Below are positions 19,998 to 29,584 of a DNA stretch of 64,000 nt, in pieces. The notes under the pieces are model-generated. The model ran no database searches. It saw nothing but the letters and a program-made list of their open reading frames with translations, and was not told the DNA's origin. Source of the DNA: Cardiobacteriales bacterium (lineage in GTDB: Bacteria > Pseudomonadota > Gammaproteobacteria > Cardiobacteriales > Ostreibacteriaceae); assembly GCA_965215775.1 (NCBI GenBank), contig CBDCEG010000027.1:101860-165859 (forward strand). Direction: 5' to 3'. Position 1 is the stretch's first letter. Each line of letters begins with the position of its first letter. A program made the translations under genes and the position numbers.

Positions 19998-20040
19998 TAT
20001 TAACTAAGTTTTATTTTAGGTATTAATAACTTCAAAATAA

Positions 20041-20080
20041 AAAAATGAGCCTTATAAAATTTTATAAGGCTCATTTTTTT
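20041..20080. terminator. Bidirectional hairpin terminator
   Basis: aaaaatgagccttataaaattttataaggctcattttttt is a near-perfect palindrome with A and T tails. It sits between the convergent 19377-19997 ORF and the eptA-side genes. Confidence 0.75.
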
Positions 20081-20127
20081 TATACTTTTTATAGATGTTT
20101 TATGTTACTTCTACCTAAAAAATAATA

Positions 20128-20319
20128 CTAGATGCATTTAAAAGTAAGTTTAGCCACTCCATTAACAAGTAAGTGAGAGCTAATTTCATTTTTAATGATT
20201 TTCATTGCTTTATTCATGCTTTGGCATTTTGTTGTTGCATCTTGCAACACAAGTGCTTTAGCACCACCAATACGACCTCTAAGAGGAGAGGCTTCAACAT
20301 AAGCAACATAACTAAGCTT
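20128..20319 (-). pseudogene. Possible 5'-truncated gene remnant downstream of eptA
   Basis: 63-codon open frame (..VAYVEASPLRGRIGGAKALVLQDATTKCQSMNKAMKIIKNE..) with no usable start. Its upstream edge abuts a 21-bp sequence that is repeated at 13346-13366. Confidence 0.3.
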
Positions 20320-20325
20320 TTAAGC

Positions 20326-21933
20326 CTAGTTATTTCTACATTTTGCAAAAATATCTAAATTTGGAGTATATTCTTTTGTAGTTATATTCATCAAACCAAG
20401 TACAGATGAGAAAATATTATCATGGCTAAATTCCAAGTTTTTATTTTTTTCTAAGCAACCTTTATCAATATTATTATAAGTTGCAAAATCATCAGATAAC
20501 CAAAGCATCATAGGAACTCTCTTTTGCTCAATAGGTGCAGCGAAATAAGGAATACCATGTAAATAATAGCCACTTTCTCCAAGAGATTCTCCATGGTCTG
20601 AAACATAAAACATAGATGAATTCCAGCTAGAGTTAGGTTTATTTATGATATTTATGATTTCTGATAGAACATAATCTGTATATAAAAGTGTATTATCATA
20701 AGTATTTGTTATTTCTTCTTGGCTACAGCTTCTAATATCACTTGTTAGGCATTCTGGTGTGAATTGTTTGAACTTTTCTGGGTAGCGTAAATAATAAGTT
20801 GGTCCATGGCTTCCAATAATATGTAAATAAATTATAGTATCTTTACCTTCACTTTCTTGCATTTCTGCTTTTAAGTTTTCTAATAATTTTTCATCAAAAC
20901 AGTATCTTCCATCACAAAGATTATTTTTAGTCGTTGAAATTTCTATATGTTTTATAGTATCGCAAGCTCCTTTACAGCCACCATCATTTTCAAACCAAGC
21001 TTGATGAGTTCCTGATTTTTTGATAATACTAACAAGATTATCTTGGGCTTTAGTTTCTTCGCTACTATAGTCGTCTCTTGTTTGTTTTGAAAACATACAA
21101 GGAACACTAAATGCAGTAGCAGTTCCACAAGAAGCAACATCTGTTAATGAAATAATATCTGTGCTTTTGGTGAATTTGTTAGTTTCTCTGTGATAACCAT
21201 TTAGTTGCATATTTTGGCTTCTTGCTGTTTCACCAAGGACAAAAACAAGTAAGTTATTTTTATTATTTTGGGGAACAAAAGTATTTTTAGCATCATTTCC
21301 AAGTGAAGTGAATTCCAGAGGAGTTTTTATAAATTCATCATTAATATACCCTGAAATACTATATATTTGAGGGAAAGGAATTAATATTTTATGAATTCCA
21401 CGGTTATTTCTTCCCACACTTGCATAATCTTGGTAAAGAAAATTATAAATTAAGAAGCAAGTAATAATGGGTGGAATAGTTATAATTAATTTTCTTATGA
21501 TTTCTCTACCAAAGCTTAAATATTGAATTTTGGTGAAAAGTAATAAAAGTGCAGGAAGCAAACCTAGTCCCAAAAACCAAATTATAGAAGTTTTATTAAA
21601 GTAAGATAAAGCTTCGCGTTGATCAGTCTGAGCAAAATTTGTAATCATATCTTGATCAAATACAGTTCCATAGTAAAAAGTTGTATAACTAAAAACTGCT
21701 GATGCTAATACTAAAATAATAAAAAGTGGTTTAGTTATATATTTAATAGTAAGTATATTAAATATAATTAAATGAATAGATATTAAAAATACAGGGATAG
21801 ATATAATGAAAATCATTGAAATATTATCCAAATCCTTTATGTTTTTATAAACCTTTGCAAAAAAAGGAATATTTATAACTAAAGAAAAGTATAGTGTTAA
21901 AAGTATTGTTAGAGTTGAATTTTTAATTTTCAT
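20326..21933 (-). CDS. Phosphoethanolamine transferase (EptA-like; lipid A or LPS-core modification)
   Basis: 535 aa with five N-terminal TM helices and a sulfatase-type domain (FVLGETARSQN, SDHGESLGE). Confidence 0.9.
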   Translation of the reverse strand: MKIKNSTLTILLTLYFSLVINIPFFAKVYKNIKDLDNISMIFIISIPVFLISIHLIIFNILTIKYITKPLFIILVLASAVFSYTTFYYGTVFDQDMITNFAQTDQREALSYFNKTSIIWFLGLGLLPALLLLFTKIQYLSFGREIIRKLIITIPPIITCFLIYNFLYQDYASVGRNNRGIHKILIPFPQIYSISGYINDEFIKTPLEFTSLGNDAKNTFVPQNNKNNLLVFVLGETARSQNMQLNGYHRETNKFTKSTDIISLTDVASCGTATAFSVPCMFSKQTRDDYSSEETKAQDNLVSIIKKSGTHQAWFENDGGCKGACDTIKHIEISTTKNNLCDGRYCFDEKLLENLKAEMQESEGKDTIIYLHIIGSHGPTYYLRYPEKFKQFTPECLTSDIRSCSQEEITNTYDNTLLYTDYVLSEIINIINKPNSSWNSSMFYVSDHGESLGESGYYLHGIPYFAAPIEQKRVPMMLWLSDDFATYNNIDKGCLEKNKNLEFSHDNIFSSVLGLMNITTKEYTPNLDIFAKCRNN

Positions 21934-22033
21934 TATTTGGATTTGTAGTTTTATATAGCAAGTAATTCTAGCAGATTATTTATAAAATTTTATGCATTAT
22001 TCATTAATTAATGCAAGGGAATTCTCTATTAAT

Positions 22034-22768
22034 TTATAAGTAATTATCTAAAGTAAAGGTCATATTCTCATCTAAATCAAGGTTATTTCTCATCCATTTT
22101 AAGTAACTAATATCAGTTTGTGCAATTTCTTCAATATTTTTCCCTTTATGTTTGCCAAATTTGAAAGTTTTCATTAAAACTGGTTTCTGTGTTAGTTCTG
22201 CAAGTTTTCCCATTACATCAGTATTTGGAAACTGTTGTCTAACTTCATTTACTAAAATAGTTAATAATAATTTCATAATTAAAACATCACCCAAAGCATC
22301 GTGAGCTTTGATTGTAATATTAAGTTTCTCAGCTTCTTGTTTTTCCTTTTTATACAAATCCAAACTATAACGCAAATATTGCAATCTGTGATAAGGAGAA
22401 TCAGGTAACAAGTGCATTGCACAGCGAAGCGTATCAATAGTTGTTAGATTATTTTCAAAACCTTCTTTCTCTAACATGGTTAGGTCAAAATTAATATTAT
22501 GAGCAATCAAATAATTATCTTTATTATTTATTGAAAGTAATTTCTTATAAAAATCTGTTTCTATAAAATTTGGTTTGTTTTCAATAAGTTCTTGAGTTAT
22601 ATTGTGAATTTCCATAGCTTCAAGTTTGATATCAACTTCACTCTTGCAAAGTTCATCATAAACAAGTTCTTTGCTTTTAGGTTCTAAAATAATCGCACCA
22701 ATCTGAATAATACGATCTTCTTGCTCTGTTCCTGTTGTCTCTGTATCGAAAAGTATAAATTGTTTCAT
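22034..22768 (-). CDS. DnaQ-like 3'-5' exonuclease with a C-terminal DUF3820-like tail
   Basis: Exo I FDTETTG, Exo II HNINFD and Exo III HDALGD motifs. The tail reads FGKHKGKNIEEI...YLKWM. Confidence 0.8.
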   Translation of the reverse strand: MKQFILFDTETTGTEQEDRIIQIGAIILEPKSKELVYDELCKSEVDIKLEAMEIHNITQELIENKPNFIETDFYKKLLSINNKDNYLIAHNINFDLTMLEKEGFENNLTTIDTLRCAMHLLPDSPYHRLQYLRYSLDLYKKEKQEAEKLNITIKAHDALGDVLIMKLLLTILVNEVRQQFPNTDVMGKLAELTQKPVLMKTFKFGKHKGKNIEEIAQTDISYLKWMRNNLDLDENMTFTLDNYL

Positions 22769-22847
22769 TTAATATTTTTTTTAGTATTTATAAAGTAGAA
22801 TAATTATAGATGAAATAACTTAAAAACAAATAGTAAATAAGGGAATT

Positions 22848-23219
22848 ATGCAAAGTATAAAAATATATGGAATTAAAAATTGTGATACGGTAAAAAAAGC
22901 ACTTAAATATTTAGATAATAAATCTATGAATTATGATTTTATTGACCTTAAAACAGCTAGCTTAAAAGATAAAACAATACAAAAATGGCTAAAGCACAAC
23001 TTAGGAAAAATAATAAATAAACGCTCAACAACTTATAGGCAGAACAAAGAGCAGCTGGAGAAAATATTAGCTAAAGTTGATTTTGAAAAAGATTTGATAA
23101 CTTTTGTTAAAAATAATCCAATAATAATTAAACGCCCAGTTATTGAAATGGGTGATGAAATAATTATAGGGTTTGATGAAAATATTTATAAGGAACTATG
23201 CAATAAATCTAACAAATAA
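22848..23219 (+). CDS. ArsC/Spx family protein (YffB-like)
   Basis: 123 aa starting IKIYGIKNCDTVKKALKYL. Confidence 0.8.
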   Translation: MQSIKIYGIKNCDTVKKALKYLDNKSMNYDFIDLKTASLKDKTIQKWLKHNLGKIINKRSTTYRQNKEQLEKILAKVDFEKDLITFVKNNPIIIKRPVIEMGDEIIIGFDENIYKELCNKSNK

Positions 23220-23235
23220 AAAGTTTAAGGCAAAT

Positions 23236-23269
23236 AAAAAAGCCAGTAAAATTAATTACTAGCTTTTTT
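23236..23269. terminator. Bidirectional hairpin between convergent genes
   Basis: aaaaagccagta / loop / tactagcttttt, with one mismatch in the stem. Confidence 0.6.
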
Positions 23270-23287
23270 GTTTATTACGAAAGTAAA

Positions 23288-24058
23288 TTATTTTAATAAA
23301 CGGATAAGTGATTTATAAACCTTTGGATTTGCACAAGCAATATTTCCAGTTTTGAAATGAGTAAACTGTCCATTTATATCACTAACAATTGCACCAGATT
23401 CTTGAGCGATAAGAACGCCAGCGGCGATATCCCACTTTTTCAAATCAAGCTCAAAAAAACCATCAACTCTTCCACTAGCAACATAACACAAATCAAGTGC
23501 TGCAGATCCAGTTCTTCTAATATCAGGGAATGTATTTAGTACTTTATCCATATAACCAAGCTGTTTTGCAACTAAACCTTCTGTTTTAAAAGGAATTCCT
23601 GTGGCAATTATTGCATTCTCTGGAAGTGAATTAGAAACTCTAAGCTTTTTATTATCCAAAGTTGCTCCTTCTCCACGAACAGCGGTGAAAAGTTCATCAG
23701 TTATTGGTTGATAAACAACTGCAACTTCTGGCTTATTATCCTTAAAGAGTGCAATAGAAACTGCAAAATGAGGGAAACCTTTCATAAAATTAGTGGTTCC
23801 ATCAATTGGATCAATAACCCATTGATATTCACTATCTTGGTTTATTTGACCAGTTTCTTCGCCTAAAATTCCGTGTTCTGGGTATGATTTTGATATTACT
23901 TTTATAATCTCTTGCTCTGCAAATAAATCAATTTCAGTAACAAAATTATTTTTTGACTTCTCTTTATTAGCAATGCTGGTAACTCTTGGGTAAGCATTTC
24001 TTATGATTTCTCCAGCAGCAAGAGCAGCTCTTTGAGCGATAGTTAAATTTGGATGCAT
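23288..24058 (-). CDS. suhB: Inositol monophosphatase family protein
   Basis: 256 aa with the motifs GEE, WVIDPIDGTTNF and WDIAAG. Confidence 0.9.
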   Translation of the reverse strand: MHPNLTIAQRAALAAGEIIRNAYPRVTSIANKEKSKNNFVTEIDLFAEQEIIKVISKSYPEHGILGEETGQINQDSEYQWVIDPIDGTTNFMKGFPHFAVSIALFKDNKPEVAVVYQPITDELFTAVRGEGATLDNKKLRVSNSLPENAIIATGIPFKTEGLVAKQLGYMDKVLNTFPDIRRTGSAALDLCYVASGRVDGFFELDLKKWDIAAGVLIAQESGAIVSDINGQFTHFKTGNIACANPKVYKSLIRLLK

Positions 24059-24144
24059 TTTATTTCCTTTGGTTTATATTTTTAAATAACTTTTTAAATA
24101 ATATTTATAAGTAACTTTTAAGAAACTTATTTTTTTAAAATAGA

Positions 24145-25542
24145 TTAATGATTATATACCCATTCTAGTATTTGGTCTTGTAAAATTCTTCCTTGAGTTG
24201 CTTTATTTCCTTGAAAGAGCATTGCAAAAACATATTTTTCACCATTAATATTAGTTAGATAGCCTGCAACTGCTTTTGCATTTTTAAGTGTTCCTGTTTT
24301 TCCAATTGCATTTCCTTGTAATGGAGTATTTCTTAGTCTCTTTCTAAGTGTGCCATCTACTCCTGCAATTGATAGTGAGTTTTTAAAGTATTGACTAACA
24401 TTAGTTTTGCTTATGCTTTTTAAGTAGCTTGCTAGTTGTTTTGCAGAAATTCTAGTAACCCTAGAAAGACCAGCGCCATTATCTAGTTTTATACCTGCTG
24501 TATTAATTCTAAGTGCTTTTAAAGTGCTAAAAACAATAGAGCGTGATTTTTCTAAATTAGCTGGTGGCTGGCTCATTTGAGCGCCAATAGTTAAGAAAAG
24601 CTGCCTTGTCATAATATTATTACTTCTTTTATTCATAACCTTAATTTGCTCAGAAAGTGGTTTTGAATATTGCGTATGAATTAGTTTATAGTTGTCTTCA
24701 ACATTGCCATAACTCCAGCTTCCGCTTATTGTTCCGCCTGCATTTGTCCAATATTGTTTAAATAAACCAAAATATAAATCTCCAGCATCCCCCAAAACTT
24801 TGCGTAACATAACGCCAGAGCAAGCGCGTGATATACTTCCAGAAACAATAATTAAGTCTTGGTTTTTATCAGCGTTTATAACTGGTCTAAAACCTTTTCC
24901 TTTGCATTTTTTGGAATTATTAAGTGTCATATTATTTTGAATTTCACTATATTCTAATTTTGGATTTGTTGTAACAACAGCTTTTCCTGTATTTCCTGAA
25001 AAGGTTACTTTAATTGTGCGAAAATTAATAGCCAAAGCATTAGGTATAGCGTTATAAGGAGACATACCATTTCCATCAAATAAATCTGGTATTTCAACTT
25101 CGTTTTCAAAAAAATAATTATCCATAATTATTTTACCATTAATATCATAAATACCCTTTTCTTGAAGCGATGAAACTATATCAACCAAGCGTTCTTCAAC
25201 CATATATGGATTACCATAACCTTTTATTATCAAGTTTCCATTTAAAGTATTATTTGAGATTTTTCCATCAATATAGAATTCAGTTTTCCATCTATAATCA
25301 GCTCCCAAATTAATTAAACCTGTGCCTGTTGTAAGAAGTTTTGCAACTGAAGCAGGGTTTCTTGGGGTATTTTCTTGAAATGAAATCAAAGGAGTTTCTG
25401 AATTAACAGGTGCAACCCAAATACTTATTTGGTTAAGTGGAACTGGTGATTTAGTTATTAGCTCTCTAACGCCTGCTGGTAATTGTGCATAGGCAAGGTT
25501 AATGTTGATAATTAAACTTATAATAAATATTATTGCTTTCAT
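24145..25542 (-). CDS. dacB: D-alanyl-D-alanine carboxypeptidase/endopeptidase (PBP4)
   Basis: 465 aa with a signal peptide, an SxxK block (PASVAKLLT) and KTGTL. Confidence 0.9.
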   Translation of the reverse strand: MKAIIFIISLIININLAYAQLPAGVRELITKSPVPLNQISIWVAPVNSETPLISFQENTPRNPASVAKLLTTGTGLINLGADYRWKTEFYIDGKISNNTLNGNLIIKGYGNPYMVEERLVDIVSSLQEKGIYDINGKIIMDNYFFENEVEIPDLFDGNGMSPYNAIPNALAINFRTIKVTFSGNTGKAVVTTNPKLEYSEIQNNMTLNNSKKCKGKGFRPVINADKNQDLIIVSGSISRACSGVMLRKVLGDAGDLYFGLFKQYWTNAGGTISGSWSYGNVEDNYKLIHTQYSKPLSEQIKVMNKRSNNIMTRQLFLTIGAQMSQPPANLEKSRSIVFSTLKALRINTAGIKLDNGAGLSRVTRISAKQLASYLKSISKTNVSQYFKNSLSIAGVDGTLRKRLRNTPLQGNAIGKTGTLKNAKAVAGYLTNINGEKYVFAMLFQGNKATQGRILQDQILEWVYNH

Positions 25543-25580
25543 AGTTTTGATGGTGTTTTTTATTTTTTATTTTTATATTA

Positions 25581-25700
25581 TTTTCAATACATTTCCAATA
25601 CTTTCCAATACTTTCCAATGTTTTCCAATACTTTCCAATGTTTTCCAATACTTTCCAATGTTTTCCAATGTTTTTCAATACTTTCCAATGGTCTTTAATG
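25581..25700. repeat. Twelve tandem 10-bp units (consensus yTTTCCAATr)
   Basis: Read directly. Two alternating variants, cTTTCCAATa and tTTTCCAATg, lie between the smpB stop (25721) and the dacB start (25542). Confidence 0.95.
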
Positions 25701-25720
25701 ATTTGCTCAGGAACAAAAAG

Positions 25721-26194
25721 CTAATTATACTCTTTCATAACTCTAGCTTTGCTTCTTTGCCAATCACGATCTTTTTCATCTGCTCTTTTATCGTGATCTT
25801 TTTTACCTTTGGCAATTCCAATTTCACATTTTATTTTTCCAGATTTCCAATAAAGAGAAAGAGGAACAATTGTATAACCTTTTCTCTCTTTTAAACCTAT
25901 TATTTTGCCAATTTCTCGCCTAGAAAGTAGTAATTTTCTTGTGCGTAAAAAATCAGTATCAACATGAGTTGATGCAGCAGGAAGAGGAACAATATGACAA
26001 CCAAATAAAAACATTTCATTATTTTTAATGGTTACATAACTTTCAGTCATTTGAACGCGACCAGCACGAAGTGATTTAACTTCCCAGCCAAGTAAGACTA
26101 AACCTGCTTCAAATCTATCTTCTATATGAAAATCAAATCTAGCTTTTTTGTTTCTAGCTATTTGATTTGTTGATTGTTTTTTCTTTTTTGCCAT
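25721..26194 (-). CDS. smpB: SsrA-binding protein
   Basis: 157 aa with the typical [10 protein letters not shown]...GWEVKSLR pattern. Confidence 0.95.
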   Translation of the reverse strand: MAKKKKQSTNQIARNKKARFDFHIEDRFEAGLVLLGWEVKSLRAGRVQMTESYVTIKNNEMFLFGCHIVPLPAASTHVDTDFLRTRKLLLSRREIGKIIGLKERKGYTIVPLSLYWKSGKIKCEIGIAKGKKDHDKRADEKDRDWQRSKARVMKEYN

Positions 26195-26237
26195 TATTTT
26201 GCTTTTTTGTATTAATTTTTAAGTAAGTTATATTATT

Positions 26238-27233
26238 CTAAACAAGCTGTGCTAAAACTATAAATGTATCTCCAGTGCTTATCAGGCAAGGGTGGCGTTT
26301 TGCCATAATTATTCCATCCATTTTTGCATAATATTTAACTGGTTGCTGTCCTGTTCTTTCAATATTATGAATAGTTGCTACCAAATCTCCTTTTTTTACA
26401 ATATCTTCAAGCTCCACAGTCATTTCCAAAATTCCACTATGCTCACTTTGAACATAACAATTACCACCAGACATATCTAACATTTGTGTTTTGTATGGTT
26501 TTTTATATTCACCTTTTATATTTCCAGCATAAATCAAAAAGTTATGAATTCCGCAATCTGCATAAGCAATTGTTTTGGGAGAGCTAGTTCCACCACCTCT
26601 TAATTCGGTTGTAACAAAAACTTTGCCTTGTTTTTCAACAGTTGTATCATAAATAGTTTTAGCATCTAATTCAAACATAATTAATGTATAAGGAGCACCA
26701 AATAGTTGAGCGGCTTTTATACACTTCTCTTCTTGCATTTTATCATCAAGTCTGTGAGCGGCGGCAAAAGGAATAATATCCAAAGTCTTTCCACCAGAGT
26801 GAATATCTAAAACATAATCTGATTTTGGAACTAAAACAGTTGTGAAATAATCTGCGATTTTCTCAGTAAGAGTTCCATCAGATTTTCCAGGGAAAGCACG
26901 GTTTAGATTTCCATTATCAATTGGCGAAACTCTATCTCCATTTAAAACTGCAGGATAATTCATTGCAGGAATAATAATTACAGTTCCTTTAATATCCTTA
27001 GCTTCTAAACTATTTGCAAGTTTTAATAAACTAGTTATTCCCTCATATTCATCACCGTGATTTCCACCAGTTAATAAGCTGGTTGAACCTTCACCATTTT
27101 TGATACAAGTAATTGGAATCATAATAGACCCCCAAGCTGACTCATTAGACGAGTAGGGCAGTTTTAAAAAGCCATGCTGTTTACCATCTTTTTCAAAATC
27201 AATAGTTGCTGTAATTGGGGATTTATTAGACAT
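26238..27233 (-). CDS. Succinylglutamate desuccinylase/aspartoacylase (AstE/AspA) family zinc hydrolase
   Basis: 331 aa with the GGNHGDEYEG zinc-site block. Confidence 0.8.
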   Translation of the reverse strand: MSNKSPITATIDFEKDGKQHGFLKLPYSSNESAWGSIMIPITCIKNGEGSTSLLTGGNHGDEYEGITSLLKLANSLEAKDIKGTVIIIPAMNYPAVLNGDRVSPIDNGNLNRAFPGKSDGTLTEKIADYFTTVLVPKSDYVLDIHSGGKTLDIIPFAAAHRLDDKMQEEKCIKAAQLFGAPYTLIMFELDAKTIYDTTVEKQGKVFVTTELRGGGTSSPKTIAYADCGIHNFLIYAGNIKGEYKKPYKTQMLDMSGGNCYVQSEHSGILEMTVELEDIVKKGDLVATIHNIERTGQQPVKYYAKMDGIIMAKRHPCLISTGDTFIVLAQLV

Positions 27234-27242
27234 CTTTATCCT

Positions 27243-28508
27243 TTATTTATTTTTACTGAAGTTTATTGTCTTCATAATATTTAAAGCTTCAAATAACTGA
27301 AAATCAGTTTTTGCAACTTGTGTTGAACTAAAGCTTACAGTTTTATTTTGTGCTTTTTTATCAGATTTAATATGATTATCAATATCTTTTTCTTTATAAG
27401 CTAATAACTCAACCTCTGATTTTTTGACCTCTAAATCGGCAAGAGTTATATCAGGTGTAATTCCTTTGGCTTGAATAGAAACATTATTTGGAGTGTAATA
27501 TTTTGCAGTAGTTATTTTTACAATATCACCGTTAGATAAAGGAATTATATTTTGAACTGAACCTTTACCAAAACTTTTTTGTCCAACAATAATCGCTCTT
27601 TTATGATCTTGCAAAGCACCTGCTAAAAGCTCAGAAGCAGAAGCAGAACCTTTGTTTATAAGAACAACTAAAGGAATTTTATTATATTGTTTATCAGTTG
27701 CATTTATTTTAGATTCAAGACCTGAATTATTATTTTTAGTTCTAACTATTAACCCTGATTTCAAAAAATAATCAGCAATTTTTGTTGCAGAAGTAACTAA
27801 ACCACCTGGATTATTGCGTAAATCAATAATAATTCCTTCAAGTTTAGTTTCTTTTTGTAATTTATTAACTTCAGCAATAAAATCTTTCGCAGTGTCTGAT
27901 TGAAATTGTGAAATAAAGATATGAGCAAATTTATCATCAAGCAGTTTTGAGTAAATACTAGTTAAACTAACTTTTCCTTTAGTAACTGAAATTTTAAGAG
28001 TTTTCTCTCCTTTTCTTTTAATAACTAAGTTTATAGTTTCAGTTTTACTTTTTCTAATTAAGTTACTAATATCGTGCATTTGCATATTTCTGATAACTTT
28101 ATCGTCAATTTTTACAATATTATCACCAGCTTTAACTCCTGCTTTTTCAGCAGGGCTATTTGTAATAGGCGAAACAACTATCAAATTACCATCAACAACA
28201 TCAAGCTCAACGCCAAGTCCTGTATATTGACCATTTATATCATTATTAAAATCTTCTTTTTTAGTTTTTTTGATATAAGCAGAATGAGGATCAAGTCCTG
28301 AAAGCATTCCAGAAATAGCATTATCAATAAGCTCTGCTGAGTTTTTTTCATCAACATACTGAGTTTTTAGAAGGTTAAAAACTTCTACAAAATTCTGAAT
28401 TTCTTTTACTGGTAAATTATTTTTTGCAGGAGCTTGAAAGCTAAGGAAACTAACAGCAATTGCAGCTGATAATTTAATTATAGAGTTCTTTTTCATAGTA
28501 TTTATCAT
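27243..28508 (-). CDS. Carboxy-terminal processing protease (S41 family)
   Basis: 421 aa with a signal peptide, a PDZ region and GSASASELLAGALQD. Confidence 0.9.
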   Translation of the reverse strand: MINTMKKNSIIKLSAAIAVSFLSFQAPAKNNLPVKEIQNFVEVFNLLKTQYVDEKNSAELIDNAISGMLSGLDPHSAYIKKTKKEDFNNDINGQYTGLGVELDVVDGNLIVVSPITNSPAEKAGVKAGDNIVKIDDKVIRNMQMHDISNLIRKSKTETINLVIKRKGEKTLKISVTKGKVSLTSIYSKLLDDKFAHIFISQFQSDTAKDFIAEVNKLQKETKLEGIIIDLRNNPGGLVTSATKIADYFLKSGLIVRTKNNNSGLESKINATDKQYNKIPLVVLINKGSASASELLAGALQDHKRAIIVGQKSFGKGSVQNIIPLSNGDIVKITTAKYYTPNNVSIQAKGITPDITLADLEVKKSEVELLAYKEKDIDNHIKSDKKAQNKTVSFSSTQVAKTDFQLFEALNIMKTINFSKNK

Positions 28509-28577
28509 ATTTTATATTCTCTTTTTAGTAGTTTTTATTAATTTTAATTTGTTGGTTTTAAATTGTTTTAGTATTTC

Positions 28578-29495
28578 TTATATTGGCAAAGTTACAGTTT
28601 GCATCATATTTTGGATAATCTGTTCTTTACTTATAGTGCTTTCTTTTTTAACTTCTAATCTATGCGGCGTGGCACTTAAGAAAACAGCTTGAATATCCTC
28701 TGGTTTAACAGCTTCACTGCCTTTTAAAAATGCAAAAGCTTTAGCAGAAGCTATAATTCCAGCACCTGCACGAGTTGATAAGCCATTTACAAAAGTTCCA
28801 CAATCTCTAGTTTCTTGTAATAAAGCTTGAACATATTGTGCAATAAGCTCACTTACATAAACTTGGCTAGCTTTATTTTGGTATTGAATTAACTCATCTT
28901 TAGTTAAAACGGGTTTAAGTTCTGCTAGTAAATCTTTTCTTGATTTCCCTAGTAAGATTTCAACTTCAGCAGGGCTATCCAAATATCCTAAAGATATTTT
29001 AAATAAAAATCTATCAAGCTGAGATTCAGGCAGTGGAAAAGTTCCATATTGCTCAGTTGGATTTTTGGTTGCGATTACAAAAAAAGGATTATCTAAAATT
29101 AGAGTTCTACCTTCAATAGAAACCTGTAGCTCTTCCATAGCTTCAAGTAATGAACTTTGACACTTAGGAGAAGCACGATTTATTTCATCAGCTAATAATA
29201 TATTTGTGAAAATAGGACCTTTTTGTAATTTGAATTTTTGCTCATTTGGTAAATAGATAAGCCCACCAGTTATATCTGATGGAACCATATCTGCAGTAAA
29301 TTGAACTCGTTTGTTATCCAATCCCAAAAGAGCGGCAAAAGATTTTGCTAATGTTGTTTTACCAGTTCCTGGCAAATCTTCTAATAACAAATGTCCCTTT
29401 GCAAGCAAACAAACAAGCGATAATCTAACTTGTTTGCTTTTTCCAATAATAATTTTATTTAGTTGTTTTTCTAGTGTTTGTAATTTAATCATCAA
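28578..29495 (-). CDS. MoxR-like AAA+ ATPase
   Basis: 305 aa with Walker A GTGKTT, Walker B LLADEINR and typical MoxR length. Confidence 0.9.
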   Translation of the reverse strand: MMIKLQTLEKQLNKIIIGKSKQVRLSLVCLLAKGHLLLEDLPGTGKTTLAKSFAALLGLDNKRVQFTADMVPSDITGGLIYLPNEQKFKLQKGPIFTNILLADEINRASPKCQSSLLEAMEELQVSIEGRTLILDNPFFVIATKNPTEQYGTFPLPESQLDRFLFKISLGYLDSPAEVEILLGKSRKDLLAELKPVLTKDELIQYQNKASQVYVSELIAQYVQALLQETRDCGTFVNGLSTRAGAGIIASAKAFAFLKGSEAVKPEDIQAVFLSATPHRLEVKKESTISKEQIIQNMMQTVTLPI

Positions 29496-29584
29496 ATCAT
29501 TATATTATTCACACGAGATTTAAACAATATAATTATTCAAACATTAGCACTATTAATATTTGCGTAATAAATAGAAAATTATTT

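Noticed and set aside
20173-20358. 61-aa plus-strand ORF overlapping the eptA 3' end
   Set aside because: It is Cys/Phe-rich low-complexity sequence. It is antisense to eptA and to the more protein-like remnant frame on the minus strand.
25581-25700. Possible CRISPR array
   Set aside because: The units are contiguous 10-bp repeats with no spacers. No other repeat-spacer structure and no cas genes were seen anywhere in the window.
25502-25894. 130-aa plus-strand ORF spanning the dacB-smpB intergenic region
   Set aside because: Its sequence (..FPILSNTFQCFPILSNVFQYFPMFSNVFQYFPMV..) is just the translation of the 10-bp tandem repeat. The ORF also overlaps both dacB and smpB in antisense, so it is an artefact of the repeat.
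25543-26237. Looked for a tmRNA (ssrA) gene next to smpB
   Set aside because: The flanking intergenic regions are 178 bp (filled by the decamer repeat) and 43 bp. Neither has room for a tRNA-like acceptor/T-arm, and none is visible.
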